This document shows positions 53,201 to 64,000 of a stretch of 64,000 bases of DNA, piece by piece (within the stretch, counting starts at the first letter, position 1; every line of letters starts with the position of its first letter). A program made the position numbers and the translations under genes. Location of the stretch: assembly GCF_016432865.1 (NCBI RefSeq), contig NC_067398.1, forward strand, positions 657,572,001-657,636,000. Reading direction: 5' to 3'. The notes under the pieces are model-generated. The model did no database searches. It was not told the origin of the DNA and saw only the letters and a list, made by a program, of their open reading frames with translations. This stretch comes from Antechinus flavipes (taxonomy: Eukaryota).

Positions 53201-53747
53201 CCAAAAGAGACTTCAGAAGTCATCTAGTCCAATACCCAGTTTATATACATGGAAACTGAGGTCTAAGGAAAATTAAATGACTTACTTAACATCACACAAG
53301 CAACATGCTTCAGATACAGGATTACTTGCTCTAACTCCAAAGCCAGACTCTATACCACATCTTCTTCTCTCTCTCCTCTGAGATCCTGAGGTACTAATAA
53401 ATAAATAAGGACTGAGGGACTAAAATGGAAGGTAAGGCTTCTAAAGGGCCCAAGTTGGCTATGTGTTTAGTATTTCACATGCCTCTGCTTTATTTTGCTC
53501 CTCTCTAGGATGAGGGGCTTATCCTAGATGATCAGCCCTCTAGAGTGCCCTCCAGTCAACTGAAATAGTACTTGTCTAATGTTCTGTAAACTTTTCAGTA
53601 ACATATAAAGGTGAGTTTGTAGTTTATTATTAGAATACTTGGGACACCAACCAACTTGCTAATGGGTCCATTCAGAAAAACTTTAAGGTAATCAGAGGGC
53701 CAATCCTAGTCAGAATAAAGTTCCCAAGTACTCACTGAAGTGAGACT

Positions 53748-53926
53748 CAGGACTTCTTAAACTTTTCTCACTTGTGCCCCCTTTTTGCCCAAGAACTTTT
53801 TGCATGACCCTGGATATATAGGTATATAAATCAAACAATTACTGATAAGAAATTATAATTTTGTGATTCCCCACATTCAGTTATGAGACCCCAGATAGGA
53901 CAGCAAAGCACAGGTTAAGAAGCTGG
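53748..53926. mobile_element. hAT-type MITE, copy 2 of 2
   Basis: Starts CAGGACTTCTTAAACTTTT, ends GGTTAAGAAGCTGG; inverted homolog of 24461-24645. Confidence 0.55.
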
Positions 53927-54049
53927 AAGCTAGAGGACAGGTTGTTGAGGGGAAAAGGCATTCATTAAATGAAAACATTAAGAAAAATAGCAGTAGGGCA
54001 TTTTGCCTATAGACCTAAAACATCTGTTTTCTTTGGTCATTTTGGTTTT

Positions 54050-54258
54050 GTCTGATTCTTTGTAACGCTATTTTGTGGTTTTTCTTAGCAAAGATACTGG
54101 AGTGTTTGCTATTTCTTTCTTCAGCTCATTTCACAGATGAGGGAACTGAGGCAAATAGGGTTATGTAATTTGCCCAGAATCACAAAGCTAGTAAGTATCT
54201 GAGGCCAGATTTGAACTCATGAAGATGATTCCCCATTCCAAGCCCAATGCTCTATCCA
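54050..54258 (-). mobile_element. MAR1-like CORE-SINE
   Basis: CAAAGATACTGGAGTG...CAGCTCATTT-ACAGATGAGG-AACTGAGGCA core; further copies at 55105-55270 and 58305-58480. Confidence 0.75.
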
Positions 54259-55104
54259 CTCCACCACCAAGCTGCCCAGATCTGGGGCACACACAAACAG
54301 AAAAGTAATTGTGAGAGAGGGGTGCTTTGGTTGGAAAGTTACAGGTATGTAACCATATGGTTAGTGGAAACATAGAGGAGTAGACTGACATACGGTTTCC
54401 AGGTGAAATTACAGAGCTGACTTGATTATGGAGCTATAATTGGAAAGTGGGAATGCTGGGGAAAAGGATAGAAGCATATGGTAGGACAGCGTCTGATAAA
54501 GATGTCTGAGGGCCAATTTGTGTTGTAAAAACAAAGTAAAATAATGGGAGTATCCGGGTTTAAAGAGCTTGATTATTTAAATCAAAGATCTATTTAGTCT
54601 TCCTTAAATTCAAGATTTCATTTTAGGGAGGATCCAATCCCTTAAAAGTAGAATCATTAAAGTATAATATAGGAGTAGCTAATAAGCCCAGTGCTTTTGA
54701 GCCAGGATAGAGTATATCAGTATGCTCAGCTAATGAAATTTCCTGCATGGAATGTGCTGGGAAGCCTACTTCCAAGGGACTCCCCATTATATGCAATGGA
54801 AGTGCCTGGGAGGGACTTTGGAGCATGCTTAGACATTTTGAAACTGGTTCTGGTCTGCTAACCATGGGGTTAGAAGTCTCTTTGCCTGCAATTTGCTTTC
54901 ATCACTCCAACCCCTCAGAGATGTTCCTATAACCCTGAGGGGAGATTTAATGGCTAAAGCCATTAAAGGAAACCCAGAGAGAGTTTGTCTTGTTTTTGAG
55001 ACACAAACCATAGAATGGACATATCTTTGTTTAATCCAATTAAGAGAGATCTATCTTGCTCATTTTTAAATTAAAAGGGAAATAATTGTTCTCTTGTTTA
55101 AATA

Positions 55105-55270
55105 GTGATCTCATTTGGAGTTGTCTTGGCAAAGATACTGAAGCAGGTTGCCTTTTCCTTCTCCAGTTCATTTTGCAGCTGAGGAAACTGAGGTGAACAA
55201 GGTTAAAAGTGACTTGCCCAGAGTCACATGGCTGGTAAGTATCTGAATCCAGATTTGAACTCAGGAAGAC
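55105..55270 (-). mobile_element. MAR1-like CORE-SINE
   Basis: Same pattern as the 54050 copy. Confidence 0.7.
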
Positions 55271-56769
55271 AAACCTTCCTGACTTCAAGTCCAGAGGAGG
55301 AGTTGGTTTCAGGAAGATATTTTCCCAAGAGTACTTCAGACATTAACATTTCTATTGTTCTATTTGGCAAATCATAAACCCCAAACTTAAACTATGTATC
55401 TCCGGCTTGATTTTGCCAGATAGTTTTGTGTTCTGTTTCTCAACATAAGTTAGAAGATTCTTGAGGAAAAGTAGGAATTCTGATTAGTAGAGGGAATTCT
55501 GCCTGTGTGAACATCTTTCCAAACAGAAATACTTAACAGATTAATAGTGTCTAAGAGAGTTTGGCTTAAAATGCAGAGTAAAAAGTTTGTCTTCTACATA
55601 GCAACCATATGAGCATAACATTAACATATAAGCAAATATAAGTAAACATCAAAACAATTTGAAAAAGAGAGAACTGGAGACATGCAATAACAATTGACAC
55701 AAGTATTGACATTTATTAACATATACAGTTACAGGGAACCAGAAAGGAAATCCACCAAAGCACTGCCTCTGAGAGTATGGTAGTCTGCCCTCAGATTGTC
55801 CCAAGACTGTCTGGAATCTGGAGATCCCTATGAAATGTTTACTCCAATGAACACTGGGAATGGCTTACAAAATTCCAAGGAGACTTATTGTGTGTTAATA
55901 TTGATGTCCATTATTGTACCCCTGTGGCTTTTATTTTCTGTATTTATATAATAAGTTCTCTTGGTGATCTTGATGTTGTATGACTTTTCCATCTGGATTA
56001 GTCCCCGTGATTAAATAGTCTTCTTTGGCTTGTACTGTGCTTGGTTAATGGTTCTGACCTCACTTTGTAATTAGAAATATCTTGTATCACCCTCAGATGT
56101 AAGCTTTCTGTCTTTTGACCTTTATCTTTGTGAAGTGTTTTTTTTTCCTCCTAACCTTTGGAGACCCTTCCTGGATAGTATCCATGATAACATTTTACCA
56201 AGTATACTCTCTGTGTATCCAGGGGTTATCTTGGACTAATGGAGTGAATGAGAAGGCCCTCCAAACTTGTCTTAAGCTGCCATATTTTCCAGATACATTG
56301 GAAATGGAGTATGCAGGAGGCCCTAAGAGTATCAAGGACTAAACCTCCCTGACCCCAGCTGACATAATCTGTTGTTTGCACCCCAAGCTGGACTCCCTGT
56401 GTATCCTTGGGAGTCAAGACAAGTACCAGTTGGTCTGCCCCACACTGTAAAACTGTTTTGTGCATCTGGGACCCTTGTAGATAAGCAAACCATTCCGACC
56501 TCCAGCAGTCCAGCAGTTCCCAAGGGAAAAAAATGCTGCTTTTGCCTTTGCCTTTCTCCTTCCCTTTGGAAGGGGACAGTTCTTTATCAATCCCTAAGAT
56601 TTCCCCCTATCCCTGTAGCTGAAATACCATGATTTTCCCTGTATTTCTAGCCTCTTTGGTATAAGGAGTTCCCATATGCATGTGCTTTTCTCTTGTAATG
56701 TATCCACTTGCAACACATGTCTCATGGACTTGTGATACTGTTTAATAACATTGGGAAAGGGAAGCTGGG

Positions 56770-56960
56770 CAAGACAGGGAATACTGGTAAATGTTTAACA
56801 ATCGGCTCTCCAAAGAGGTAAATGTATCCATGACACAGTTTTAAATTTAATCTGCATCATTCACATTTTCTCAAGTCTGAACAATACAAAACAGTAAATC
56901 AAGGCCTAATTTGTGGCACTGGCCAAATTTCTGAGGTATAAATGCTCACACCACTCTGCC
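56770..56960. mobile_element. hAT-Blackjack (MER63-like) MITE
   Basis: CTGGTAAATGTTTAACAATCGGCTCTCC start; homologous to the copy split by L1 at 9-10 kb. Confidence 0.55.
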
Positions 56961-57299
56961 AATTCTAAGCAAGTAAGTACGTTATCACCAGTACTAACAT
57001 AAAGCTAGAAAGGCTAGCTTTAGCAATACCAATGTGAAAACTTCCCTTGGTACTGATAAAATATAAGTCAGAGAGGCACAAAACAGAAAGAAAGCCAGAA
57101 AGAATCACAAACAAGGACAGCTTTGAAAATTGCAGCTAAACAATATGATAATGATAATATGAAACATATATACAAGATGATGTATATGATAAATGATAAA
57201 TCACATATGCACATAAATATAGGTATATATGTGAAAAATATATATTTACAAGAAAGCTGTATTATACATTATAATTATTCACAATTCCATGTGTAATCC

Positions 57300-57650
57300 T
57301 CTTTTTGGCTTTACTATGTAAATGAGAATGTCCAAATAGGACAACATCTATGTGATGTTTGTTTAGTAAAGAACTTAAGAAAATTGTGAAATGTGGAATA
57401 CTACTGGACAGTAAGAAATAATGGGCTATTTGATTAGAAAAACACAGAAAGACTTGCATGAAATAATGAAGAGTGAAATGAGCAGAACCAAAAGAATGTT
57501 ATAAACAGTAACAGCAGGAGCAATCGAAGAAAAACTATGAATGAATGTTTTTCTGAATAGTATAAATACTCAACTCAACCACAAAAAGCCAATGAAGGAA
57601 AATGCTATTCAGCTCCAGAAAAGGAACTGTGAACTAGAAGTACAGAGAAC
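57300..57650 (+). mobile_element. Old L1 ORF2 3' end fragment
   Basis: GACTTGCATGAAATAATGAAGAGTGAAATGAGCAGAACCAAAAGA, homologous to 9520-9570. Confidence 0.65.
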
Positions 57651-58304
57651 TTAAAATGTAACCCCAAAAAAAATTTTTTTTAATTATAATACAAAATATG
57701 TCAAAGGATTGCCGTTCAATCATACTTGAAATTTATACCCATGGAATCTCTCTCCTCGAAATTAATAACTCAGTTTATGTATGGGGTGAAATCTCCGTGT
57801 CAGGAAGTCCTCTCCCACTCTTGGCACTAAGTACCTGGATACAGGACAGAAGGTTTGCACAAATCTGCTTAATCCAACACTGGTGCCCATGTAAAGCCAC
57901 TGACAAAGTCTTTAAAATCCTTTTCATCTTTACCAATCCAACAGCCCCAAATGGATTCATAAGGTCCAGAGCAGACTGATCCTTCTTGCAGCAGCTGCTG
58001 CTTCTCCTCTTCAACTATATATCCGCGAGGGAGATCCTTCAGTGACTTAGCAACAGCAGCAAAATTCTTTACAAATTTGCTATAACATCATGACCAAATG
58101 CTAGAAAAGTCCTAAAGCCTGGAAAGCAAGACTAGGACTTGGGAGCTAGCAGCTTCCTCTTAAAGAGAAGTCTTCAAGCAAAGGGAAATCGGAGGGAATC
58201 CCTTTGGAACATTCCACTGATCTAGAGGGAGTCGGAATGAGAAGATGGGAAGATATCGAGAGAATATCAGACTCTGTCTGGTTTGAAATGAGATGTTTTT
58301 CTTG

Positions 58305-58480
58305 TTGGACTGCGTCCAACTCTTCCCGATCCCACTTGGGGTTTTCCTGGCAAAGCCACTGGAGTGGTGTGGCCATTTCCTTCTTCAGCTCATTTTACAG
58401 ATGAGGAAACTGAGGCACACAGAGTTAAGTGGCTTGCCCAGGGTCACCCGGCTAGGAAGTATCTGAGGCTAGGTTTGAAC
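58305..58480 (-). mobile_element. MAR1-like CORE-SINE
   Basis: CORE domain plus RTE-derived tail. Confidence 0.75.
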
Positions 58481-59081
58481 TCTTCCTCAATGCAAGCCAA
58501 CTGCCCCTTGAAATTAGATGACCAGGGTTCAAATCCTCTTTGACCTAGTTATTAACTAACTAGTTCCGGGATCAAATCTCGTTTCTGCTTAATTCACAAG
58601 CAGCTGGGTAGCCCAGGGACGGGAGCTCAGGATCGGAACCAGTTCCATTCAGCCAACATGGATTAGGCGCCTACTGTGTGCCAGGCACTGTGTTAAACCC
58701 TTACTCAGCGACGTGCCCCTGGGCAAGTCACTTCCCTTCTGTGTCTGCTCCCTCGCCTGTAACGTGGGAATAATAAAAGCACCAACTTCCCAGAAGCGTC
58801 GGGACCCGCGGGGTTGGTGAGGCACTCGGGCAACCTTAAAGCGCTCCGTAAATTCTAGTCTTAGTTGTGTGACCTTGGAGACCCCGGTGACCCTCAGAAG
58901 GTGATCCCAGAAGCGCTTACTTACCAACGCAACAATTTAGGCCCGGGGACTAGGTGGGACTAGGATAAGGAAAGGGCCGACGCTAGATCAGGCCCACAGG
59001 GTTGGGTGTGCCCGGCTCTAGACCTAAATCGTCAAGCCAAAGAAAGAAATAAACATTCCAATTTACTGGTTTGCCTTCCTG

Positions 59082-59167
59082 TGTATTATGGGAAATGTAG
59101 TCCCACTACTTCCCGGTCCTTTCTCGGGTACTGTCATTTGAAATGCTGCATTCTGGGAATTGTAGTC
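59082..59167 (-). promoter_or_regulatory. Tandem ZNF143 (ACTACA-N2-TCCCA) motifs upstream of GPR108
   Basis: Minus strand GACTACATTTCCCATAATACA (59082-59102) and GACTACAATTCCCAGAATGCA (59147-59167). Confidence 0.75.
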
Positions 59168-59224
59168 CTGACTCTGTCAGTTAGGGTGAGAGAAGATTTC
59201 TTCCGTACCTACCCGAACCGGACA

Positions 59225-59497
59225 CATTGCAATTGGTTCATCTGCTTATCTGTCAGGCACACCCGATGGATTCTCATCTCTTATTGGGTATGACTAAGGG
59301 GTCGGACGAGAGTGTTCGGCTCTCCGATTTGTTTTACTTGCCGTCCGTCAGGTGCCAAGATGTCGAAATCCTGGTTGCGAATTGGCTTGTTCAACACCCC
59401 GGTAGGTAGGGTTTGCCTTCGTACGCTGCGATTGGCTATGTGGGGGGCGGACTCTAGAGTGCCGGGGGCGTTGTCGGAGGCGGTGGCGGCTCCAGCG
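59225..59497 (+). promoter_or_regulatory. GPR108 CpG island core promoter with inverted CCAAT boxes and a GC box
   Basis: ATTGG at about 59231, 59381 and 59431; GGGGCGGA at about 59444; CpG-rich up to the ATG. Confidence 0.65.
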
Positions 59498-61839
59498 ATG
59501 GCCGAAGACCGGAGGAGGGGGCTCGGCGGTGGGACCCGAGCAAAGCGGCTTCTATCGCCGCTGCCTCTACCTCTGCTGCTGGGGCTGCTGCTGCTGGACG
59601 GCTGCTCGGGTAGGATCCACCAGCTGGTGCTGACGGTGAGGTTGCGGGCGATGCAGGGAGTGGTGGGGGGGAAGGTTTTCCTGGGCCCCCCCCCCGGCTC
59701 TTGTGGACTCGTCCACCCTCCCTCCTTTTCTCCCGATGGAGCGGTCCAGCTCTTCCCCACACACACATCCCCCCACCGCCTATCCTAATGGGCTCGTCTG
59801 GCCAGAACCCCCAGCGGTCGACCCCTTTCCCGCCCAGATGGGACTGTCCGTCTTCCTCCTCCTCCTCCTCCCTGAGCCTGGTTTCCCCCGCCAATTTCCT
59901 GGTTTTCCCCGGGCGGGGTGGTTTCCTCCCCCCGACTCCTCCTCCTCCCTCGTGCGTGTAGCGTCCTCGCCTCCCCCCACTCCTAGCATCCAAAATATGA
60001 ATTACTTTGCCTTCCGAGGATCCCCAGGAGCCTAGCGGGATGAGGCAGCTTTCTAAGGGAAGCGGTCTGTGATCTAGGGCTTTCTAGTCGTGGCACTGCG
60101 AGGCGGCCAGTTTCCCTTTCCGGGGGATTTCTCATCTGTAAAATGGGCGCGGTGACACACCGGGATGTGTCGGAGAAGAAAGCAGCTTTGTTATCTTCCC
60201 TTGGAATGGGGGAGTGATCGGGAATAGAGATTTCATTTTCATTCTCAACCACCGGGGTGCTAGCCGCCATCCTGTAATCTTAGCGAACAGCCTGTACCAT
60301 CCCCAGGTCGGGTCTCCTGTCCCGTGCTTGCAGGAAGCTCTCGCCTCCGAAAGCCTCATGCATTCGAATTGCTCCTATATCTCATGCTTTTCTGGAGGGG
60401 GGGGCATAAGTGGGATGACAAAAAGCTGTTACCTGGGGTCTGTGATTTTGTTTTCCTTAATATTTTGATGACCATTTCAATAAATTGGTTTATTTTGTAG
60501 TCCTATGATTTTATCTTATGCGTTTAAAATGATGATCCCTAGAAGGGGTCCAGCCAGGGGGTCCATGACTCGGGGTTTAAGAGCTCCTTGTGTGGAGATC
60601 CTGGCTGGATATTCCTGCATGGGTATCTTGACGAGCGAGAGCCTTTGCGTTATCTGTGTTGGCTCTGAGTTGAAGGAGGGAAAGAACCTGGGGAGGGAAG
60701 GGTAAGTTGAGAAAAGGGAGACAGGTGTCTGCTCCGGCCATCCTCATCCCAAGGTGCCCTCCTTTTTTCCTCTCTGATCCTGAGAAAATTCCATTCCCTT
60801 CTGGGTCTCGGTATTGTTTAGGGCAGGAGTTGGGAACCTTTTTTCTGCCAAGAACCATTTGGATATTTTTAACAGCATTTTCAGACCATACAAAATTATC
60901 ACCTTATAGGACTCGATCAGTGGTGGTTGTTGTAACTCGCTTTCAGCTCATCATTTAGCAAATGATTTCCCTGACCTTAATACAGGCCATGGGCTGGATG
61001 TTGCCCACCCCTGGTCAGGGAGTAGAGGTGAGATTAGGTCTATCATATGACAAAAAGATTTGTATCAGGGATTGTCTGTTGAGCCTTTGGGGTGCACTTG
61101 GCTCTGGTGATTAGATAGTTGGACTCTCTCTTAGGGGGAAAAGCGGGCCGACATCCAGCTGAACAGCTTCGGCTTCTTTACCAATGGCTCTTTGGAAGTG
61201 GAACTCAGCCTCCTTCGTATCCGTTTGGAAAGCAAGGAAGATCAACCCCAGTTGGTGAGGACAGAGACATTTGGGGTCTGGTTTAGAGTTTGAGGGGACA
61301 CCCTCATCTGAAACTCAGGGAAGTGAAAAACAGGGCCCTAGACCTGGGGTGGAAGATACCCTGCCTCCATCAAATGAAAGGCTGCATGAGAGTGAATTTG
61401 AAGGAAAAAGGAGGAAGGGATCTAAATCTAGGAGTCTCTTGGAGAGAATTGGTTTATTCCCTTGGAGGGAAGGAAGGGGAGAAAAAAGGGAGGACCCCCC
61501 CTCTGGGGTCTCCAAATAACTCTTTTCTTTTTACCTTAGGTGGGCTTTAGCCTGTCTCGAGCTCGAACTGGCAGCATTCGATCCTATTCCGTGAGTCCCT
61601 TGCCTGGTGGATTGAGGATGGGTCTCCCAAGATAGGGGAACATTGGCTTTCTATACATTTAACGTAGAACCTGCCAATGTTTCTTTAGAAATGAGTTGAA
61701 TGTTATTACTGGGGTAAGGGGCCCTTTGCCAGTATTTTTCCCTTCCAGGTATTTGTCTTTGCCCGCCTGCCTGCCTACTGTCTGTCGTCTTCCTCCTTCA
61801 CAGGGCTCTCTCCTGCTAGTGAAGGGAAGCAGGAGGGGG

Positions 61840-61887
<48 letters not shown>

Positions 61888-64000
61888 ATTGTACACCCCT
61901 GCTCCTGTATGAGGAATAAAACACTAGGGCTGGAGGAGGCACCTCTGGCAGAGTCTGGGTATAAACCTGGGCTTCCTACCCATCCTGCCTCTCTCTTCCT
62001 TCCAGGCCCCAGAGCCTCATACCTGTGCTCTCAAACACAATGGGAGCAACTTGATGGCCACTTTCCTCATTGACTTCAAGGGAAAACAGTGAGTTTTATT
62101 ATATTTGGGAGATTCAGAGATTAGATATTGCCTGGGGGGATATAAAGGTAGAAGGGGGAAAGTAGCTAGAAAAGGTCTTGGAAATTATCTAGACCCCAAA
62201 AATGGGAAGTGCCAGATCAAGATAACCCAGTGTCAAGAGGAGAGCTAGAAGTCAGAATTCTTAACTTCCTTCTCCTGATTATAGGGTTCAGGTATACCAA
62301 TTTGGGGAGCAAAAGAAACTCCAGATTTCTCCGGGACTTCTCCAGGAAGGCATATCCCGGTCCAGTCCAGGCAACGGTACGTTCCAGTAGGAGCCCTGTC
62401 TGTCTGTCACCATCAGCCTGTCCACATCCCCACCCCACCTTCTGACCCTTTGCCATCCTTGGTCGACAGGCCTGTGCTTGCTTTGCAGGGACTAGTGCAC
62501 TCAAGCAGGACGGGAAGTCTTCACCACTGTCTTTAAGGAGTCAGGTAAGGAGGATTCTGGGAGCATCAAGCTGCCAGCAGTTACTGGTGCCCCGGGACTA
62601 CACTAGGGGAGCAGGCAGAGCACTGGACATGGGCAATACCCTCACTAGTTGGAGGAGAGGCTTCTCCCACAAGGTCAATGCCACCTGGCACAGTTTAGAG
62701 TTTACAAGCTTTGTTCCTCCCATCAGCCACGTGAGCGTATGAGAGCACAAGGTTTACCATCCCCATTTTTACAGAGGGGAAAACTGAAACTCAGAAAGGG
62801 CAAGAGGGATCCCATGAAACCAGGACTGGAACTCTCTCCAAATCCAGAGCTTTCTCACTACAATACAGGCCTCCCTGTCTTGAGGGGAGTTCAGAGGGAG
62901 GTGGGATGGGATTGGGAAGACTTCCTGAAGGGAAAGCATGTCGTTGGGCTTTGTTCAGCCAATCAACAAGCATTATTAAGCATCTCCTATGTGTCAGGCA
63001 GTGGGGATATAAGTACAAAGAGTGAAGTCATTCCTGTTATAGACAGGATTGGGTAGAGGGGTGAAAAGACCAGACTGGATGGGGCACGGTTCAGAACCCT
63101 GGGTGTAAGGCAGGAAGAGCTGTTTCAGGCAATAAATATTCCCACTGGAGACCCCACTGCCAAGATGAACCAGTGGTGGGCCCTGATGCTGGGCTCTTTT
63201 TTCCTTAGGACCCCAGGCATAAGGAGAAGGGGCTGGTCCTGAGCTTGGGCTACAACAACGATTCCTACAACTTCAGTGTAAGTTGTCTCCTGGTTTCAGG
63301 GCTCCATCTTCTCTGCCCCAATGTCTGATCCTCATCCCCATCTACCCAGACCTCTCCCCTCCCCTCCCTGGCACAGCAGCCTCCTGCTTGCCTAGAAAAC
63401 CAGCCCCCTGTTTCTGGAAAGGGAGAAGGAAGCTTGGGCTCCTCCAGGCCCTCAGAGGCAGGAAGCCTGAGAGCTGCTCTCTCCCCAACCAGTTCCACGT
63501 GGTGATTGGCTCCCCAGCTGAGGAAGGACTTTACAACCTCAACTTTCACAACTGCTACAATGCCATCCCTGGTCACGAGAGGCCTTTTGACATCACGGTA
63601 AGGCTCCTTTCCCTGAGAAAGTGCAGAGTCAGAAGTGCAGCCCTCGTGTTGACCTGGCCCGCCCCTCATCCTGTTTTCTTCATCCAGATAATGATCCGAG
63701 AGAAGAACCCCGAAGGCTTTCTGTCAGCTACTGAAATCCCCCTCTTCAAGCTCTACCTGATCATGTCAGCCTGTTTTCTGGGGGCCGGAGCCTTATGGGT
63801 TTCTGTTCTCTGCAAACACAAGTAACAATCCTGCTTACCCCAAACTGGGAGCCCTTATCCCCTCCCTTCCACAACTCTGGAAGCCCCTAGTCCCTGGGGC
63901 TCCCCCAGACCCAGACTTCTGTCCCTCCCAAATCCCAAGGCATTCCCCTAGCCTCCCCTTCTGAGCATGTCCTCCTCTTCCCAGATACAATGTCTTCAAA
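59498..64000 (+). CDS. GPR108: G protein-coupled receptor 108 (LUSTR/GOST family), exons 1-10; truncated by the window edge
   Basis: Exons 59498-59635, 61135-61254, 61540-61590, 62006-62088, 62285-62376, 62489-62544, 63209-63277, 63493-63597, 63688-63821, 63985-end. Signal peptide then GRIHQLVLTGEKRADIQLNSFGF..., LNFHNC, IREKNPEGFLSATEIPLFKLY (TM1). Confidence 0.95.
61843..61884. repeat. (TG)n microsatellite in GPR108 intron 3
   Basis: About 21 TG units. Confidence 0.95.

Larger units (their letters stand above)
51750..58125 (-). mobile_element. Fragmented ancient Ty3/Gypsy-type LTR retroelement pol (RT thumb, RNase H, integrase)
   Basis: Minus-strand degenerate motifs in Gypsy order: CYSKFVKNFAAVAKSL (58040-58085), WAPVLD*ADLCKPSVLY (57838-57889), YHKSMRHVL (56711-56737), YRDRGKS (about 56600-56620), NGLLIYK then DQLVL, VIMDTIQEG (56167-56191), GQSEG (55787-55802), WDKL...LFA (about 52030-51990), LGARGPRLL (51921-51947). 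Confidence 0.5.

Noticed and set aside
56332-56523. SQGYTGSP read as a retroviral RT LPQG motif
   Set aside because: It lies downstream of the RNase H-like block on the same strand, the wrong order for RT, and no YxDD follows; the flanking motifs fit the RNase H-integrase junction better.
57698-58125. Processed pseudogene of a cellular gene
   Set aside because: The best reading matches retroelement RT-thumb and RNase H motifs; no poly(A)/TSD signature of a retrocopy was seen.
59312-59497. In-frame upstream ATGs (59360, 59438) extending GPR108
   Set aside because: They sit among CCAAT/GC promoter elements, probably upstream of the TSS, and the ATG at 59498 gives the homologous signal-peptide start; CAGE would settle it.
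59454-59993. 179-aa antisense ORF over GPR108 exon 1
   Set aside because: Low-complexity CpG-island ORF with no recognisable homology.

Overview
Marsupial genomic DNA, probably from an Australian dasyurid (inferred from WSINE1/MAR1 CORE-SINEs and the L1 3' sequence). It carries the block syntenic to human 19p13.3: VAV1 (minus, exons 1-17, continues off the left edge), SH2D3A/NSP1 (plus, complete, 631 aa), TRIP10/CIP4 (minus, complete, 597 aa with the cassette exon) and GPR108 (plus, exons 1-10, continues off the right edge). Exon boundaries were placed by hand from GT-AG sites and reading-frame continuity. The notable observations are: (1) SH2D3A is intact, but its SH2 domain has lost both phosphotyrosine-binding arginines (FLVR to FLVW, alphaA2 R to E) and has a longer BC loop, and a linker Tyr site is also gone, suggesting a pseudo-SH2 adaptor; (2) a candidate 21-nt in-frame neural-type microexon in TRIP10 intron 9; (3) a ~1 kb GC-rich minisatellite with a 142-bp higher-order repeat, G4 motifs and stop-poor frames in TRIP10 intron 8; (4) a fragmented ancient Ty3/Gypsy-type pol (RT thumb, RNase H, integrase) spread across the TRIP10-GPR108 intergenic region; (5) tail-to-tail interlocking poly(A) signals of SH2D3A and TRIP10; (6) a young 5'-truncated L1 with a perfect TSD, nested in a hAT MITE that abuts the VAV1 exon 9 acceptor. 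Comparisons with human proteins are from recalled sequences and need confirmation by alignment.
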